Below are positions 31,601 through 34,107 of a stretch of 34,107 nt of DNA, one piece after another (positions within the stretch are counted from its first letter, which is position 1; each line of letters begins with the position of its first letter). Below the pieces are notes generated by a model that was not told where the DNA came from, ran no database searches, and saw only the letters and a program-made list of their open reading frames with translations. Position numbers and translations under genes: made by a program. Origin of the DNA: Catajapyx aquilonaris (Eukaryota); contig KZ539083.1 in the NCBI GenBank assembly GCA_000934665.2, positions 1-34,107 on the forward strand. The letters run 5' to 3'.

Positions 31601-34107
31601 GACTCTTGATAGCTCACAGCTGGAGCTGGTAGTGTACATGGTGCTTCAAAACATCCCCCCAGATTTTGGGAGGACATTTCTCCAGCTGATTTTCTGCTAT
31701 GTAAATAATCTTGCTGGTTATGAGCCACAATGGAGCTTGCAACATAGCAGAAATTCCAAGCTAACAGAGCAGTACATATTGGGTCCCCATATAGAGCAGC
31801 CGGCTCACCTCGCTTTCCCCCTAACCTGCGCAAAAAAAAAGCTTCAATAAACACCGGCAAGACGTGACTGAATTTTTACGCAACTGTCAATTACTATTCA
31901 TGCTGCATTAATACCAGTCACGTTTCATTTAGATGCAAATTTAAGAGATTTCCTCTCCCACCGCCACCCCCCATCCCCCTGCTGCCTCCTACTAATCTAT
32001 TCACGGGCTAATCCCAGCCGGTTGTGTGCACACGTACGCATTTTTTTCCATTACGTCAATTAATTTACACTACAGAGCCGAGTGCGCAATTTTTTTCACA
32101 TGGACGAAGCTCATTAAGCCCTGCACCATACTCCGAAGCCCAATAGACATTAGCCAATTGCAACTGGACAGGGTGACAGGTGCATTGATCGCTCAAGCCG
32201 CCAACCTCCAACCCCCGGAATGGTACCCCCCCAAAAAAATGCAGACCCTCGTTCCCTATACCACAGATGCATTCTTAATTAGCAAACACGGGACACGAAG
32301 GCTCGGGAAATAGCAAACACGACTAGCTATGGACACGGATCCGGCTTCCTTCTGCAGCTTGTTTAGGAAACCTAATCTATACTCGGCTGGTAATTTGCCT
32401 GTGTTCACGTACAGCGCAATGGTGTTTGGGCCAGGAATACCTAACTGTCCATATATACGTGTGTATAGGGACAGTATAGAGGGGGACAAATAGCGGTGAG
32501 AACAGGAGGATCGAATCACTGGAGCTGGCTGTGAGAACATAAAGAACCGTCCTCTAAAGGGCGTACGTTCAAGGGCTATTATGGGCATATATGCCTTAAC
32601 GCAAATGTGTTGGTATAATTTGTGCCAAGCAATGCCGGAAGTGTATTAAAATTGCAACGGAATTGCCTCGCCAGGGAGGATCGTGATTATTATATGTATA
32701 TACTGTGCTGTTAGCACATACGTTGTTGTCTAATGAGTAAATAGCAAAGAGCATGTGGGACTGATCAAGGATGATAGAAGAGTAATACCTGGCCATACGT
32801 TGTAAAATGAGCAATGAAAATATGAAATTCAGAAGATGAATCAAGTCACACTGAATGTGGTCTAAATTTAGTTTAGTATTGGGCAATGTAGTTCTCAAAC
32901 AGTACTTTCTGATAAGTGATGACCAAGACAGTTATGAGCTAGAAATTAATATTGCAGGCTTGCAGCCCTCTATAGAGAAATTCTTGAAAATGAATTATTA
33001 TGAGTTATCCCAGAAAGGATAACGCAATCTTAAATTTTCACGCCGACATACTGTATATCGAAATAATTCCGTTGTGATTCTGGGCACTCTTTGCATTTTT
33101 CCGAATACAGTAATTATTATTGGAATTTTATTTGCATTGTAAGGTGAATTATTATTATATGAATAACTTTTGCAGCCATTTAGCATATACATGATGAGAT
33201 TCTTTAATAAATATTATTTTTAGGTATACAGGGATTTTTATCTCGATGGAAGAAAATTTGCAGAGCTACAGAAGATTTTGATATCCTAATAACCCAAAAT
33301 CACAATCCTGCCAAAGAGTAAAATTGCTTGACTTATACCCTCATATGACGTATATCTGGAAATCATTTTCCTCGAGTGTATACACATATATACGTCAAGT
33401 ATACATAAAAAGTTACTTTCACATGCGCATTCGATATTATTACAGATAATCTCCCAGTTATGTGCGTCATTGCACACATTAATTCCAAACAGGTCCCCCC
33501 CCCAGAGCTTAGTGTACAAACCAGTATATTCTGGCTTCATTGTAATAATCTTTATGTGATTGATGCTGCTCCAGCTTTCCCGGACAAAACATCCATTTAT
33601 CTGGCCCAGGAAATGTAAATATGCATAAGTTGAATTATGAATTTAAGAGTTAGGATATCAACTGTGCCCATCTTCGTGTACTTTCCACCAACAAACGTAA
33701 CGGCACACGATGCAGATTAGTGTGTTTATAAAGGCACAGCTTCAGGTAAACAATTTTTTTTCGGAGAGACTGTCAGTCACGATACAGGTTATCCGGAAAA
33801 ACAGCGCTCGAAGCATTCCAGTTTTGCTATATATACTGTAGACACGTGCAAAATGTCGGGGGAGCCTCGCGTTCCTTTATTCCGAGCGTTAATTAGGAAA
33901 ATTGTAACCCACGGACCAAAAATGACTAGCTTGCTGCAAAAAAAAAAAATGTTCCAGGAGCGGTGACAGATGAGAGGCGCTTGTCAGGAAACAAACTGAA
34001 CGTCAATAAAATGTCCAGCCGTGGGAAATTAATAACATCAACATTACCTCGCAGGGGGTGTTTGCCTCCTCTTCCCCCCCAGCCTCCAGCCAACCCTTCC
34101 CCCCCCC

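Overview
Eukaryotic genomic DNA with spliceosomal GT-AG introns. It is probably from an arthropod, inferred from intron sizes and protein character only. I reconstructed four protein-coding loci by hand. (1) The 5' part of an Eps15/Eps15-like endocytic adaptor gene on the minus strand: ATG at 10365, 10 coding exons, three EH domains and a coiled coil, running off the left edge. (2) A complete 5-exon plus-strand gene (3435-5349, 453 aa) for a FAM187A-like Ig/TSP1-like/Ig/TM membrane protein, nested antisense in a 4.4-kb Eps15 intron. (3) An unrecognised uninterrupted 450-aa ORF (1261-2613, minus strand) in the same intron, head-to-head with the FAM187A-like gene. (4) The 3' 15 coding exons of a ZSWIM4/5/6-family gene (minus strand, 26427 to 14629); I did not find its SWIM-finger and 5' exons in the window. 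The rest is intron, UTR and intergenic DNA with several degenerate Tc1/mariner/pogo-like MITEs, microsatellites and many G/C homopolymer tracts. I saw no prokaryotic systems, CRISPR arrays, rRNA or tRNA. The most interesting structure is the divergent two-gene cassette inside one Eps15 intron.
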